This document shows, piece after piece, positions 50,675 through 61,816 of a stretch of DNA of 64,000 bases (the first letter of the stretch is position 1; every line of letters starts with the position of its first letter). This DNA comes from an uncultured delta proteobacterium (lineage in GTDB: Bacteria; Desulfobacterota; RBG-13-43-22): NCBI GenBank assembly GCA_963743305.1, contig CAVUPH010000013.1, positions 32,001 through 96,000 of the forward strand, in the 5' to 3' direction. Below the pieces are notes generated by a model, which ran no database searches, was not told the origin of the DNA, and was given only the letters and a program-made list of their open reading frames with translations. Made by a program: the position numbers and the translations under genes.

Positions 50675-52418
50675 ATGGATATTAAAGACATCGAACAGAT
50701 AGCCCCCGTTTCCCGGGGGTCCACCGAGATTTTCAAGACCGGCCAGTGGGGATCCGGGAAGCCGTACTACCTGGAAAAAACCTCTCCCTGCCGTCAGGCC
50801 TGTCCGGCGGGTATCGATATGGCCCGGGCCTTGGCCGCGGCCGCCCTGGGGCGGTTCGACGAGGCCTTGCGGATCGTCCGGCAGGACAATCCCCTGCCGG
50901 GTGTCTGCGGGCGGGTCTGTTACCACCCCTGCGAGAAGGAATGCAACCGCCAGGATTTCGATGAGGCGGTCAATATCCGCGGTTTTGAACGGTACCTTTC
51001 CGACCACGGACGAGTGGACCTGGAAAGGGAGGTCCCGCCCGAAATGAAAAAAGAGCGGGTCGCCATTGTCGGTTCCGGCCCGGCGGGCCTGAGCGCCGCC
51101 TGGCAGTTGGTTCGCCAAGGCTACCCGGTTACCATCTATGAGGCCCTGCCCGAACCGGGCGGGATGCTGCGCTACGGCATCCCGGAGTACCGTCTGCCCA
51201 AAGAGGTACTCCGGCGGGAAATCGGCTTCATCCGCCAAAGGGGAGTGGAGATTCAAACCGGGGTCCGGGTGGGTCGGGAGATTTCCCTCAAGGAGATAAG
51301 AACTAAATCCCAGGCCCTGTTCATAGCCGCCGGGGTGCCGGGGTCGCGGCGGTTGGGGATCGAGGGGGAGGGACTTCCGGGGGTCATGGAAGGGATCGCC
51401 TTTCTGCGGCGGATCAATGGGGGGGCATCTCTCGAAGTGGGCCGGAGGGTAGCGATCATCGGCGGCGGGAACACGGCCATGGATTGTGCCCGCACGGCCC
51501 GGCGTCTAGGCGGCGAAGAGGTCACGGTAGTTTATCGGCGGTCTCGGGCCGAAATGCCGGCCCTGGCCGAAGAGGTGGCTTCGCTGGAACCCGAAGGGAT
51601 TCGACTGCTGCCGCAGGCCGCTCCGAAGAGGCTGCTGGCGGAAGGGGGCCGGCTATCTAGCCTGGAATGTTTAAAAATGGATTGGGGGGCGCCGGATGAC
51701 CACGGCCGGCCTCGTCCCGTTCCGATCGCCGGATCGGAATTCATTTTACCGGACCGATACGGTCATCATCGCCGCAGGTCAGATCGCGGAGGCCGGGTTT
51801 GTGGGGGAAATCGGTCTGTCCCTGGGCGTCACGGGTTTGATCACCGTCGACCCGGAAACCAGGGAGACCAACGTGAAGGGGGTATTTGCCGGCGGTGACC
51901 TGGCCGGGGAGCGGTCCTTCGTGGCCGACGCCGTAGCCGGCGGCAAACGGGCGGCCCTGGCCATCGCCTGCTTCCTGGAGGGCCGGGATGTTCAAAAAGA
52001 ACTGGAACGTCTGCGGATCGGCTCCGGGGCAGCAATCGCTTTCGGACCTTTTTTGGACCCGGGAAAGAATCGGGCGGACTTGCAAAAAGTGGTCCCCTTT
52101 GAAAAAATCAATACCCTTTGCTTCCCCTTGGCCGGTCGCCGGTCCAACCCCGAGCAGCCGATGCCGGAGCGATGGCCTCGGAGCTTTGAAGCGCTGAGCG
52201 GCGGACTGGACCCGGCGCAGATGAACGGGGAAATTTCCAGGTGCTTCAAGTGCGGCACCTGTGTCCACTGCGACCTCTGTTTCCTGCTCTGTCCGGATGT
52301 CTCCATCGAGAAGATCGGCGGGGAGGGCTACCGGGTCAATCCTGATTATTGCAAAGGCTGCGGCCAGTGCGCCGCCACCTGTCCCCGGCAGGTGATCGAG
52401 ATGGAAGGGCCGGCATGA
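50675..52418 (+). CDS. GltD/NfnB-like FAD/NAD(P) oxidoreductase fused to a delta-type 2x[4Fe-4S] ferredoxin; frameshift near 51752
   Basis: PC...CP, CGRVCYHPCE..C.R, GSGPAG, IGGGNTAMD, and C-terminal CFKCG.C..C..C...CP and YCKGCG.C...CP. Confidence 0.87.
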
Positions 52419-53566
52419 GGACCTTGCTATCCGGAAACGAGGCCGTCGCCGAGGCCGTCCGTCTGGCCCGGGTGCCGTTCGTGGCCGCCTACCCGATCAC
52501 CCCTCAGACCCCGATCTATGAAAAGCTGTCCGCGATGGAAAACGAGGGCAGGCTTCCCGGGACCATGATGCGCACCGAATCCGAGCATTCGGCCATGGCC
52601 GCCTGCGTCGCCGCTTCCCTGACCGGGGTGCGGACCTTCACCGCCACCGCTTCCCAAGGGCTGGCCCTGATGCACGAGATGCTGCACTTCGCCTCCGGGA
52701 ACCGGGTCCCGGTAGTCATGGCCAACGTGAACCGGGTCCTGGCCGTGCCCTGGGCCTTCGGCAGCGACCAGACCGACAGCCTTTCCCAACGGGATACGGG
52801 CTGGCTGCAACTATACTGCGAGGACGGGCAGGAGGCCCTCGATACGGTCCTCCAAGCCTACCGGATCGCCGAGCAGGTCATGCTGCCCGTCATGGTCTGC
52901 CTCGACGGTTTTTTTACTTCCCATTTCATCGAACCCCTGGAGATCCCCGATCAGACCACGGTGGATGCTTTCCTGCCCCCGCCCAGCATCCCCAACCGGT
53001 TTGACACCCAAAATCCCGCCTACCTCTCCAATGTGGTCAGCCCCGCGCAGTTCATGCGCTTTCGGCAGCGGAGTTTCGAGGATATGGAAAAGGCCCGGCC
53101 GCTCATCCAGGTCGTCGACGAAGAATACCAACGCTTCTTCGGCCGGGGCTACGGGCTGGTGGAGGCCGTGGAAACCGGGGAGGCCGAGATCGTCCTGGTG
53201 ACCAGCGGGGCCATGACCGGCACGGCCCGGGTGGCCGTCCGGGCGTTGCGGGACCGAGGGGTCCGGGCCGGACTGCTGAAGATCAAGGCCTTCCGGCCTT
53301 TTCCCAGAGAGGAGGTCCAGACCGTCCTGAAGGGTGTGCCGAAAGCGGCGGTGGTGGACCGGAATATTTCCCTGGGCAAAGAGGGGATCTTCTGCCAGGA
53401 ATTGAAGGCCGCCCTTTACCCCTTGGAGCGGCGTCCGCAAATCACCGGATACATCGCGGGACTATGCGGCGACGATGTCTCGCCGGAGACCCTCGAGGAA
53501 CTGGTACTGGAAACGCTGCGGAGCGACCAACCGCCACCGGGGCCGATCTGGGTGCGGAAGGATTGA
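52415..53566 (+). CDS. 2-oxoacid:ferredoxin oxidoreductase alpha subunit (PorA/PadG-like)
   Basis: SGNEAVA, AYPITPQT, ESEHSAM, TASQGL. Confidence 0.92.
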   Translation: MRTLLSGNEAVAEAVRLARVPFVAAYPITPQTPIYEKLSAMENEGRLPGTMMRTESEHSAMAACVAASLTGVRTFTATASQGLALMHEMLHFASGNRVPVVMANVNRVLAVPWAFGSDQTDSLSQRDTGWLQLYCEDGQEALDTVLQAYRIAEQVMLPVMVCLDGFFTSHFIEPLEIPDQTTVDAFLPPPSIPNRFDTQNPAYLSNVVSPAQFMRFRQRSFEDMEKARPLIQVVDEEYQRFFGRGYGLVEAVETGEAEIVLVTSGAMTGTARVAVRALRDRGVRAGLLKIKAFRPFPREEVQTVLKGVPKAAVVDRNISLGKEGIFCQELKAALYPLERRPQITGYIAGLCGDDVSPETLEELVLETLRSDQPPPGPIWVRKD

Positions 53567-53601
53567 AAAACTTTCACCGCCAAGACGCAAAGGGCGCAAA
53601 G

Positions 53602-54471
53602 ATGGAAAAAGAATATTTTCGGTCGGGTCATATGGCCTGTCCGGGGTGCGGCATGGCCTCCACCATCCGATTGGTGTTGAAGGCCCTGGGTGAAAAGACG
53701 GTCGTGGTCATCATCCCTTCCTGCGTCGGGGTCATCAGCGCCGCCTTTCCGAACAGCACCCTGACCGTACCCTGTTTCCATTCGGCCTTTGAGATCGCGG
53801 CCCCGACGGCGGCCGGCATCGCCCAGGCCTTGAAAATTCAGGGCGACGAGGAAACCACGGTGCTGGCCCTGGCCGGCGACGGCGGGACCTTCGATATCGG
53901 GTTGCAGTCCTTGTCGGGCGCCGCCGATCGGAATGAAAATTTCCTCTACGTCTGTCTGGACAACGAAGGCTACATGAACACGGGCATTCAATCCAGTTCG
54001 GCCACTCCCCGGGGGGCCTGGACGATGACCACGCCGGCGGGCCGGAGCGGGAAAAAGAAACACTTCATGGAAATCATAGCCGCTCACCGTCTTCCCTATG
54101 CCGCCACCGCCTCCATCGGTCAACCGCTCGATCTCCTGGAAAAGGTCAAGAAGGCCAAAGCAGTCCGAGGGACCCGCTTCATCCATACCCTGGTCCCTTG
54201 CCCGACCGGCTGGCGGATGCCCGAGGACCAGAGCGCCCGGTCGGCCATGCTGGCCGTGGAAAGCCGGATCTTCCCACTCTATGAGATCATCGACGGGACC
54301 CGCTACCGGATTACCCACGAGTCCCGGGGCCTTCCGGTCAGGGAGTATCTCAAGCTGCAGGGCCGTTTCCGCCATTTGAGTGAAGAAGCGATCGAAGGGA
54401 TCCAGCAGGAGGTGGACGAAGATTGGGAGCAGCTCCTGGTCCGTACCCGGGGTTGTTCCCCGGAGGGCTGA
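53602..54471 (+). CDS. 2-oxoacid:ferredoxin oxidoreductase beta subunit (TPP-binding)
   Basis: GHMACPGCG, GDGGTFDIG, DNEGYMNTGIQ, PCPTGW. Confidence 0.92.
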   Translation: MEKEYFRSGHMACPGCGMASTIRLVLKALGEKTVVVIIPSCVGVISAAFPNSTLTVPCFHSAFEIAAPTAAGIAQALKIQGDEETTVLALAGDGGTFDIGLQSLSGAADRNENFLYVCLDNEGYMNTGIQSSSATPRGAWTMTTPAGRSGKKKHFMEIIAAHRLPYAATASIGQPLDLLEKVKKAKAVRGTRFIHTLVPCPTGWRMPEDQSARSAMLAVESRIFPLYEIIDGTRYRITHESRGLPVREYLKLQGRFRHLSEEAIEGIQQEVDEDWEQLLVRTRGCSPEG

Positions 54472-54478
54472 TTAACCT

Positions 54479-55153
54479 ATGAAAAAGCTGGTAATCCGCG
54501 ATAGCGACACTATCCGGAAGAAGGTTTACGCCCATGTTCGCGATCGGATTCTGGCCGGAGAGATATCTCCCCATCAGCGCCTGATCGAGACCAAGATCGC
54601 GCAGGAGATCGGGACCTCACGGACCCCGGTCCGGGAGGCCCTGCATAATCTGGAAGTCGAAGGGCTGATCGAATCCATCCCGCGGGTCGGCTACCGGGTC
54701 AAATTTTTAAATCCGACGGAGGTGGAGGAGATCTGCGCCATCCGAGCCACTATCGAAGAGATGGCCGCCGACTGGGCCATGAATAAGGCCCCTGGAAAGC
54801 TGGTGTCGGAACTAAAGAAAAATATCGCCCAATCAGAGAAAGCCATCGCCCAGGGGGCGATTAAGGCCTTTGTGGATCTGGATGCCCAATTTCATGAGAT
54901 TATCGCCAGACTCAGCGGTGGTCACCGTCTCCTGGAACTGGCCCAGACTCTCCGGCGCCATATGCTGCGCTACCGGATAGAGAGTATTTATACGCTGGAT
55001 AACGTCAGGCGGGCCATCGACGGACACAAAGGCATTCTCCAGGCGATCGAGAAGGCCGACCGTCCGGGGGTGGGACAGGCCATCATCGCCCATCTGGAAC
55101 AGTCGAAGCGGGATATTCTGCGGTATGCGTTTAAAGAACACCATGAAGAATAG
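54479..55153 (+). CDS. GntR (FCD) transcriptional regulator
   Basis: GTSRTPVREAL, D.QFH, H..I..AI. Confidence 0.92.
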   Translation: MKKLVIRDSDTIRKKVYAHVRDRILAGEISPHQRLIETKIAQEIGTSRTPVREALHNLEVEGLIESIPRVGYRVKFLNPTEVEEICAIRATIEEMAADWAMNKAPGKLVSELKKNIAQSEKAIAQGAIKAFVDLDAQFHEIIARLSGGHRLLELAQTLRRHMLRYRIESIYTLDNVRRAIDGHKGILQAIEKADRPGVGQAIIAHLEQSKRDILRYAFKEHHEE

Positions 55154-55271
55154 GGGTTATTCCCCCCTCACCCCAACCCTTTCCCCCGGGGGGGCGAGGG
55201 AGGCCCGGGGAAACAGCCCGAAACACCAACTTTTCATTGATAATGGGACAGTTGGGTTTGGTTAGCTGGCT

Positions 55272-55769
55272 ATGATGGGACGATCTTTTTGGCCAATTTT
55301 TGACCGGATCCTTGACCTGCTGGCCGCCCTGGCCGGCCTGATCCTGGTGTTTATCGTCGGGGCCGTTTGTTACTCCATCGGCCTGCGCTATCTGTTTACC
55401 CGGACTACGATCTGGATCCTCCAGACCACCGAATATGCCCTGCTGTGGATCGTTTTTCTTTCCACCGGCTGGCTATTGCGAGAGGGGGGTCACATTACTA
55501 CCGATATCCTGACCAGCCAGCTCCCCACGCGGGTCCGACGGATCCTCGACGGCGTCATGTGTATAGTCGGCGGACTGACCTGCGCGCTCTTGGTTTATTT
55601 GGGGCTTGTCCATAGCTGGGACTGTATCAGCCATCAGGTGACCGATGTCCGGGCCGTGACCGTTCCCAAGGCGGCGGTCTTCTTTATCATTCCGCTGGGC
55701 AGCCTGCTCCTGACCATTCAGTTCCTGCGGATGGCCTGGGATCGTCTGGTCCGCCGGATCGAGGACTAG
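55272..55769 (+). CDS. TRAP transporter small permease DctQ
   Basis: 4 TM helices, GHITTD; context. Confidence 0.85.
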   Translation: MMGRSFWPIFDRILDLLAALAGLILVFIVGAVCYSIGLRYLFTRTTIWILQTTEYALLWIVFLSTGWLLREGGHITTDILTSQLPTRVRRILDGVMCIVGGLTCALLVYLGLVHSWDCISHQVTDVRAVTVPKAAVFFIIPLGSLLLTIQFLRMAWDRLVRRIED

Positions 55770-55772
55770 CCC

Positions 55773-57092
55773 ATGGAATGGTATACGATTATTTTTTTAT
55801 TGTTCGGGGGCATGGTCCTCTTGCTGCTGACCGGACTGCCCATTGCCTTTGCCTTTCTGGTGGTGAATATGGTCGGGGCGTATTTTTTTCTGGGGGGGAT
55901 GCCGGGACTGATCGGGGTGGCGACCGGAACCTTCACTTCCATTACCACCTTCACCCTGCTTCCCGTACCTTTTTTCATCCTGATGGGAGAACTCATCTTC
56001 CATTCCGGCTTGGGACTGAACGCCGTCAACGTGCTGGACAAATGGCTGGGCAAGGTCCGCGGGCGGCTCTCCATCCTGGCCATCTTTATGGGGGTCATCA
56101 TCGGGGCCCTCTCCGGCTCCACCATCGCCACCTGCGCCCTGCTGGGGACCATCCTGCTTCCGGACATGCTGAAAAGAGGCTACAGCAAGAACATGAGTCT
56201 CGGCCCGCTCATGGGCGTCGGCACCGTGGACGCCCTGATTCCCCCCAACGCCCTGACCGTGGTACTGGCCAGCCTGGCCGGCATCGACGTGGGGCAACTG
56301 CTCATCGCCGGCATCCTGCCGGGCATCATCATGTCCGGCCTCTATCTGGTCTACGTCCTCACCCGCTGTCGCCTCAAACCGGAAGAGGCGCCGCTCTACG
56401 ATGTGCCGCCCGTCCCCTGGAGGGAAAAGATACAAGACACCATCCAATACCTGCTGCCCCTCAGCCTGATTATTTTTATGGTCATCGGTTTCATTTTTCT
56501 GGGTATCGCCACCCCCACGGAGGCCGCCGCCTCCGGGACTTTGGGGTCCTTTATCCTGGCCCTGGCCTACCGGCGATTAACCTGGGAGCTATTCAAGAAG
56601 TCGGTGTACGGGACCGTGAAAGTCACGGTCATGATCTTCATGATTATCATCGTTTCCAGCACCTACGGTGAAATACTGGCCTTTACGGGTGCGGCCTCCG
56701 GAATGACCGGATTCATGACCCACCTCACCGTCCCCCCCCTGATGATCGTTATCGGTATGCTGGCGCTGGTGCTGCTGCTCGGCTGTTTCATGGAAACGGT
56801 GGCCATTATGATGATCACCATCCCCATTTTCATGCCGGTCGTCAACGCCTTCGGTTATAATCCGATCTGGTTCGGGGTCCTCCTGCTGATAGCCCTGGAG
56901 ACCGGGCTGATCACGCCTCCTTTCGGGGTGACCCTTTTTGTCATGAAGGGGGTGGCGCCTCCGGAGGTGACCATGGCTGATATCTGGAAGGCGGTTACGC
57001 CGTATGTGTTGATCGATATTTTGTGTATCGCCCTGGTCCTGGTCCTGCCGTTTCTGGCCACCCTGGTCCCGGGGCTGATGGGGATGAAGTAA
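55773..57092 (+). CDS. TRAP transporter large permease DctM
   Basis: VPFFILMGE, LIPP, ATPTEAAA, ITPPFG. Confidence 0.92.
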   Translation: MEWYTIIFLLFGGMVLLLLTGLPIAFAFLVVNMVGAYFFLGGMPGLIGVATGTFTSITTFTLLPVPFFILMGELIFHSGLGLNAVNVLDKWLGKVRGRLSILAIFMGVIIGALSGSTIATCALLGTILLPDMLKRGYSKNMSLGPLMGVGTVDALIPPNALTVVLASLAGIDVGQLLIAGILPGIIMSGLYLVYVLTRCRLKPEEAPLYDVPPVPWREKIQDTIQYLLPLSLIIFMVIGFIFLGIATPTEAAASGTLGSFILALAYRRLTWELFKKSVYGTVKVTVMIFMIIIVSSTYGEILAFTGAASGMTGFMTHLTVPPLMIVIGMLALVLLLGCFMETVAIMMITIPIFMPVVNAFGYNPIWFGVLLLIALETGLITPPFGVTLFVMKGVAPPEVTMADIWKAVTPYVLIDILCIALVLVLPFLATLVPGLMGMK

Positions 57093-57174
57093 GGAGCGGG
57101 GAGAGGGCTGTGGTCGCCAAACTCGAAATTCGAAATGGACCAAAATGACTGAATATCAAAAAAGGAGGTAGATT

Positions 57175-58164
57175 ATGAAAAGAAGTCTGATCTTGACGTG
57201 GGTGTTGGCTCTGGCCGTTTGGGCGGGTACGGCGGGATGGGTGCAGGCGGAAACCTTGGTTCTCAAGGCAGTGACGGCCTGGCCCAAAACCGCCAGCGAG
57301 TACAAGGCCTTCACCACCTTTACCGAGCTGGTCGAACAGATGGTGGCCAAGAAGTATCCGGGTGAACTGAAAATTCAGTATATCGGGGGTCCGGAGGCGG
57401 TGAAGACCCCGGACCAGGTGCAGGCCCTGCAACGCGGTATGGTGGATATGGTTTTCACCACCACGGCCTATTATGTCTCGGTTCTGCCGGAAGTGGACGC
57501 TCTCAAGCTGTCCGACTGGACGCCGGCCGAGGAGCGGACCAACGGCACCTGGGCCTTCATGAATGACCTGCACAAAAAGCTGGGGTTGACCTACCTGGCT
57601 CGGCTGGGGCTCGATATTAAATTTCACCTCTACCTGAAAAAACCCATTAAGAGCGCCGATCTCAAGGGACTCAACATCCGGGTTTCCCCCATGTACCTGC
57701 AGATGATCAAGGGCCTGGGAGGCAATCCGGTAGTCATTCCGCCGACCGAGGTCTACGTGGCCCTGGAACGGAACGTGGTCGACGGCTATTGCTGGCCGTC
57801 CACGGGCATCCGCGATTGGGGCTGGGACAAACAGACCAAATACGTCGTCGATCCCGGTTTTTACGGGGTACCCAATCCGCTGCTCATGAATCTGAATACC
57901 TGGAACAAGCTGCCCAAGAAGCTTCAGGACCTGTTGACGGAAGCAGCGACCGAAGCGGAAAAGAAGGTGGTCGTCCAATTTGAGGAACTCGCCAAAAAAG
58001 AACGCCCCCTCCTGGTGAAGGAAGGGATCCAAGTCATTGACCTGCCGGCGCCGGAAAAGGAAAAATTCCTCAAGGTGGCCAACGAAGAGGGCTGGAAGGA
58101 CGTGCTGCAAAAGAACCCCAAGACCGGTCCGGAATTGAAGAGCCTCCTGACCAGGAAGAAGTAA
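57175..58164 (+). CDS. TRAP substrate-binding protein DctP
   Basis: Signal peptide; DLKGLNIRV, EVYVALERNVVDG. Confidence 0.92.
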   Translation: MKRSLILTWVLALAVWAGTAGWVQAETLVLKAVTAWPKTASEYKAFTTFTELVEQMVAKKYPGELKIQYIGGPEAVKTPDQVQALQRGMVDMVFTTTAYYVSVLPEVDALKLSDWTPAEERTNGTWAFMNDLHKKLGLTYLARLGLDIKFHLYLKKPIKSADLKGLNIRVSPMYLQMIKGLGGNPVVIPPTEVYVALERNVVDGYCWPSTGIRDWGWDKQTKYVVDPGFYGVPNPLLMNLNTWNKLPKKLQDLLTEAATEAEKKVVVQFEELAKKERPLLVKEGIQVIDLPAPEKEKFLKVANEEGWKDVLQKNPKTGPELKSLLTRKK

Positions 58165-58280
58165 AGCATGGGCCGAAAAGTCCAGGGTGGTTCATGTCAC
58201 CCGGAGGCCTTCTCCCGAACAGGCGGCCATCTTCCCTTCCGGGGGGACGGGTCATACCGGATATCTCTTGAGAGAAGAAA

Positions 58281-59662
58281 ATGGAACAAAAGATCAAAGA
58301 ACAATTGATCCAAATCGTGGGTAAGGGAAACGTGTCCGAGACCCTGGTAGATCGGATCAACTGTTCGCAGGATTTTTCAGAACACCGCCACCTCCCGGAG
58401 GGGACCGTCTGGCCGACTAGCCACGGAGCAGGTCTCGGCCGTCCTCCGACTGGCCAATCAGAAAATAATCCCGGTCACCCCCCGGGGGGCGGGCACGGGG
58501 GCCACGGGTATGGCCGTGCCCTGCCGGGGGGGAATCGTCCTCGACCTGGTGCGGATGAATAAAATTCTGAAGATCAGCATTGAAGACCGCTTAGCCGTGG
58601 TCCAGCCGGGGGTAGTCTACGCCGACCTGCAAAGGGCCCTGGGCCGCTTGGGGTTTCTTCTTTCCGCCTGATCCGGCCTCGGGCAAGGTGGCTACCCTCG
58701 GCGGAAACGTGGCCACCAACGCCGGAGGAATCAAAGGGGCTAAATACGGCACCACTAAGGATTATGTCCTCGGCCTGGAGGTGGTGCTGCCTGACGGACG
58801 GGTCATGCGGACCGGCTCCAACTGTATGAAGTCGGTCTCCGGCTACGGCCTGACCCAACTCCTGGTGGGCTCCGAGGGGACCTTGGGGGTGATTACCGAG
58901 ATCCGGCTTAAGATCAATCCGCTGCCCGGCGCCACATCTACCGGTTTAGCCGCCTTCGACCGCTTACGGGACGCGGGCCGGGCCGTCACTCAAATCATGT
59001 ATTCCGGGATTATCCCCAGTGTCTGTGAAATCCTGGACCGCCGGACCATCGAGCTTCTTCTTCGGCATACCGAAGTGCATTTACCCCCCGCGGAGGCGGT
59101 CATCCTGGTGGAAACGGACGGCTATACCCCGGAGGAGACCGAATTTCAGATGAATAAAATCATCGAGGTTTTTCAAAAGAACCGGGCGGTCCAAATCAAG
59201 CAAGCCGCTTCGGCGGCCGAAGCGGAAAGTCTCTGGTCCGCCCGCAAATCTCTGGGCAGCGTGATTATGCGCTTAAAGCCGAACTTTTTGGTGGAGGATG
59301 TGACCGTTCCCATGTCCAGAATAACCGACCTCCTGGAAGGGATTGAGGCTATCGGCGGCCGCTATGGCCTGGACTTGGTCACCTTCGGCCATGCCGGCGA
59401 CGGCAATCTTCACCCGCACGTCATGTACGACGGCGCCAACCCGGAAGAAGTGAGCCGGGTGTATCAGGCGGCGGCCGATCTCTTCCGGCTGACCTGTCAA
59501 CTGGGCGGAACGTTAACTGGAGAGCACGGCATCGGGTTGAGCAAGGCCCCTTTCATGTCCCTGGAGCACGATCCGGTGGCCTTGGAGATGATGCGCACCC
59601 TGAAGCGGGTTTTTGATCCTCAGAATATCCTCAACCCGGGAAAGATGGGGCTGGAGGTTTAA
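58281..59662 (+). CDS. FAD-linked oxidase GlcD-like; frameshifts near 58420 and 58655
   Basis: RGAGTG, PDPAS, GSEGTLG, HAGDGNLH, GEHGIG, DPQNILNPGK across three frames. Confidence 0.88.
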
Positions 59663-60782
59663 ATGGCGGGCGGCTCGACTCTCGGGGAAAAATACCGGGA
59701 TCAGATTTCCCGTTGTTCGCGCTGCGGATTTTGTCAGGTTTCCTGCCCGGTCTACGGGGCCACACTCCGGCCGGCGGTCAACCCCCGGGGGAAGATGCTT
59801 ATTTTAAAGGAGCTGCTGGCAGGGAGGCTGGACCTTCGGCCAGGACCTGCGGGAAGTTTTCTATCAGTGTACCCTTTGCGCCAGTTGCGCCTCGAATTGT
59901 CCCGCCGGGGTTGATGTGGCCGAGGTCCTCCTGGAGGTCCGGAAAGAGATGGTCAGGACGGGGAACGGTCACCCGGTATTCGAAGGGTTGCAGCAGAGCT
60001 TGGCCGGGCAGCCCAATATCTATGGTGAAGAGCGGGGGGATTATTTCGGAAGGGAAAAGAACGAGTCCGCCGAATACGTTTTCTTTGTCGGCTGCGTAGG
60101 TTCATTCCGGGAAATCGAATCCACTCGGCAAATCCTGATCCTTCTGGACCGACTGAAGGTGGATTACACCTTGATCGACGAGGTCTGTTGCAGCGGCATC
60201 CTGGAAGAGGTCGGTTACCCGATCAGCGCGGATCGGGTCAGGGAAAATTGTCAGCGCATAGTTAAGACGGGGGCTAAAACCGTCATTACCGGCTGTCCTT
60301 ATTGCTTTCGGACTTTTAACCGGGCCCCGGCTTACGCGCCGCTCCGGGACCGGGGGATCGAGATTATTCATCTGACTCAGTTCTTGGAGGCCTTAGACTT
60401 CGGCATCACCACGAAAAAAAGGATAACCTATCACGATCCCTGCGACCTGGGGAGGCACTCAAAAATGTACGCCGCACCCCGCCGGATCATCCAGCGGATT
60501 GCCCCGAACTTTGTGGAAATGGTCCACAACCAGGACCAGGCCCTCTGCTGCGGTGCGGGGGGCGGGATGCGGGCCGCTTATCCCGGGACCTCCATTAAAA
60601 TGGCCGGCAATTGTCTGCGGGAGGCCACGGATTGTGGGGCCGATATCCTTTTGACCAATTGCAACTCCTGTTTACACAATTTGTCCAATGCCCAAAAAAG
60701 ATATTCCCTTTTTCGGAAAGATAAATTGCACATTTATAACTTGGGCCAGTACCTTAATCTCCTTCTGGATGGGGCCGGCTGA
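59663..60782 (+). CDS. (Fe-S)-binding protein, GlcF/HdrD-like with CCG domains; frameshift near 59837
   Basis: CSRCGFC...CP, CTLCASC...CP, TYHDPCDLGR, CCGAGGG. Confidence 0.88.
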
Positions 60783-60846
60783 ACCCGGAAGCGGGTGTTT
60801 TTCGGTTGACAAAAGGACGAGATTATTTATAGCGTTACCCCAAACA

Positions 60847-60861
60847 GTTCATCTGGTGAAC
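60847..60861. promoter_or_regulatory. candidate IclR operator
   Basis: GTTCA-tctgg-TGAAC immediately before iclR; same TTCA-N5-TGAA core as 61767-61789. Confidence 0.5.
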
Positions 60862-60865
60862 ATTC

Positions 60866-61663
60866 GTGTCAAGAGATAAAAAAGAACCTTTTTATAACCG
60901 ATCGTTGGAAAGGGCTTTACAGATCCTCAATGCCTTTACCGGTGAGAGGAAACTGCTTACCCTTAGTCAACTGTCAGAGATCCTGAGTCTCTCCAGGGCT
61001 ACGGTTTTACGATTGTGTTCGACACTGGTCAATTACGGCTTTCTCAGTCAGGATCCCGCCTCTAAGGAATATTCTCTGGGCCTTCGATTGTTCGAGCTGG
61101 GGAGTATCGTCTTACACTCATTTTCCCTGAGAAAAACGGCCTCTCCCTTTTTGGACCCATTGCACCGGAAACTGGGTAAAACGTTATTCCTGGCCATCTT
61201 GGAGCAGGGGCAATTGATCTACATAGACAAGAGAGAGGACTCGCACAACCCGATCACCTTTACCTCGAAGATCGGCACCCGCCGCCCTCCCTATTGGGGC
61301 ATGTTGGGACCCATGCTCATGGCCCATTTGCCTGACTCGGAAGTCGAATACCTGTTGGAGAAAAACCCGCTCCAGGCCACCACCAAAAAATCGTTTACAA
61401 AAAAAGAGGAGTTTAAAAAATGGCTCGGCCAGGTGCGCGAGGACGGGGTTGCCGTCGATGTGGAGAGGACCTTTGACGGCATTACCGGGGTAGCCGTCCC
61501 GATTCGTGATTTAAGGGGGAAGGTGGTGGCCAGCTTAGCCGTCTGTTTCATTTCTTCTTCGGTGGATGGCCGGGAATTGAGGCGGATCATCAAAGAAGCC
61601 CAGAAAACGGCTCTGAATATTTCCAGGGAAATAGGCTACCCCGAAAAGAAGCTGGACTTTTAA
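60866..61663 (+). CDS. IclR family transcriptional regulator
   Basis: RSLERALQIL, YSLGLRLFELG, GVAVPIRD. Confidence 0.92.
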   Translation: MSRDKKEPFYNRSLERALQILNAFTGERKLLTLSQLSEILSLSRATVLRLCSTLVNYGFLSQDPASKEYSLGLRLFELGSIVLHSFSLRKTASPFLDPLHRKLGKTLFLAILEQGQLIYIDKREDSHNPITFTSKIGTRRPPYWGMLGPMLMAHLPDSEVEYLLEKNPLQATTKKSFTKKEEFKKWLGQVREDGVAVDVERTFDGITGVAVPIRDLRGKVVASLAVCFISSSVDGRELRRIIKEAQKTALNISREIGYPEKKLDF

Positions 61664-61766
61664 AGGAATTTGGTGTCCGGCCCAAAAGTTCATCTTTTTA
61701 CCCCATCCCCTTTTTTTTGCTTGACAGGATCGGAGGAAAAGATGATAGGATTCATTCACCGAACAA

Positions 61767-61789
61767 CTAGTTTCATTAGATGAAACTAG
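61767..61789. promoter_or_regulatory. candidate IclR operator upstream of the second paaK
   Basis: Perfect inverted repeat CTAGTTTCAT-tag-ATGAAACTAG. Confidence 0.6.
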
Positions 61790-61816
61790 GAAAATTGAGC
61801 GAATCCGATAGAGGTC

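Noticed and set aside
59880-59920. Selenocysteine read-through of the TGA ending ORF 59663-59914
   Set aside because: The Cys motif CTLCASC...CP is already in the downstream frame before this TGA, so the break is an upstream frameshift.
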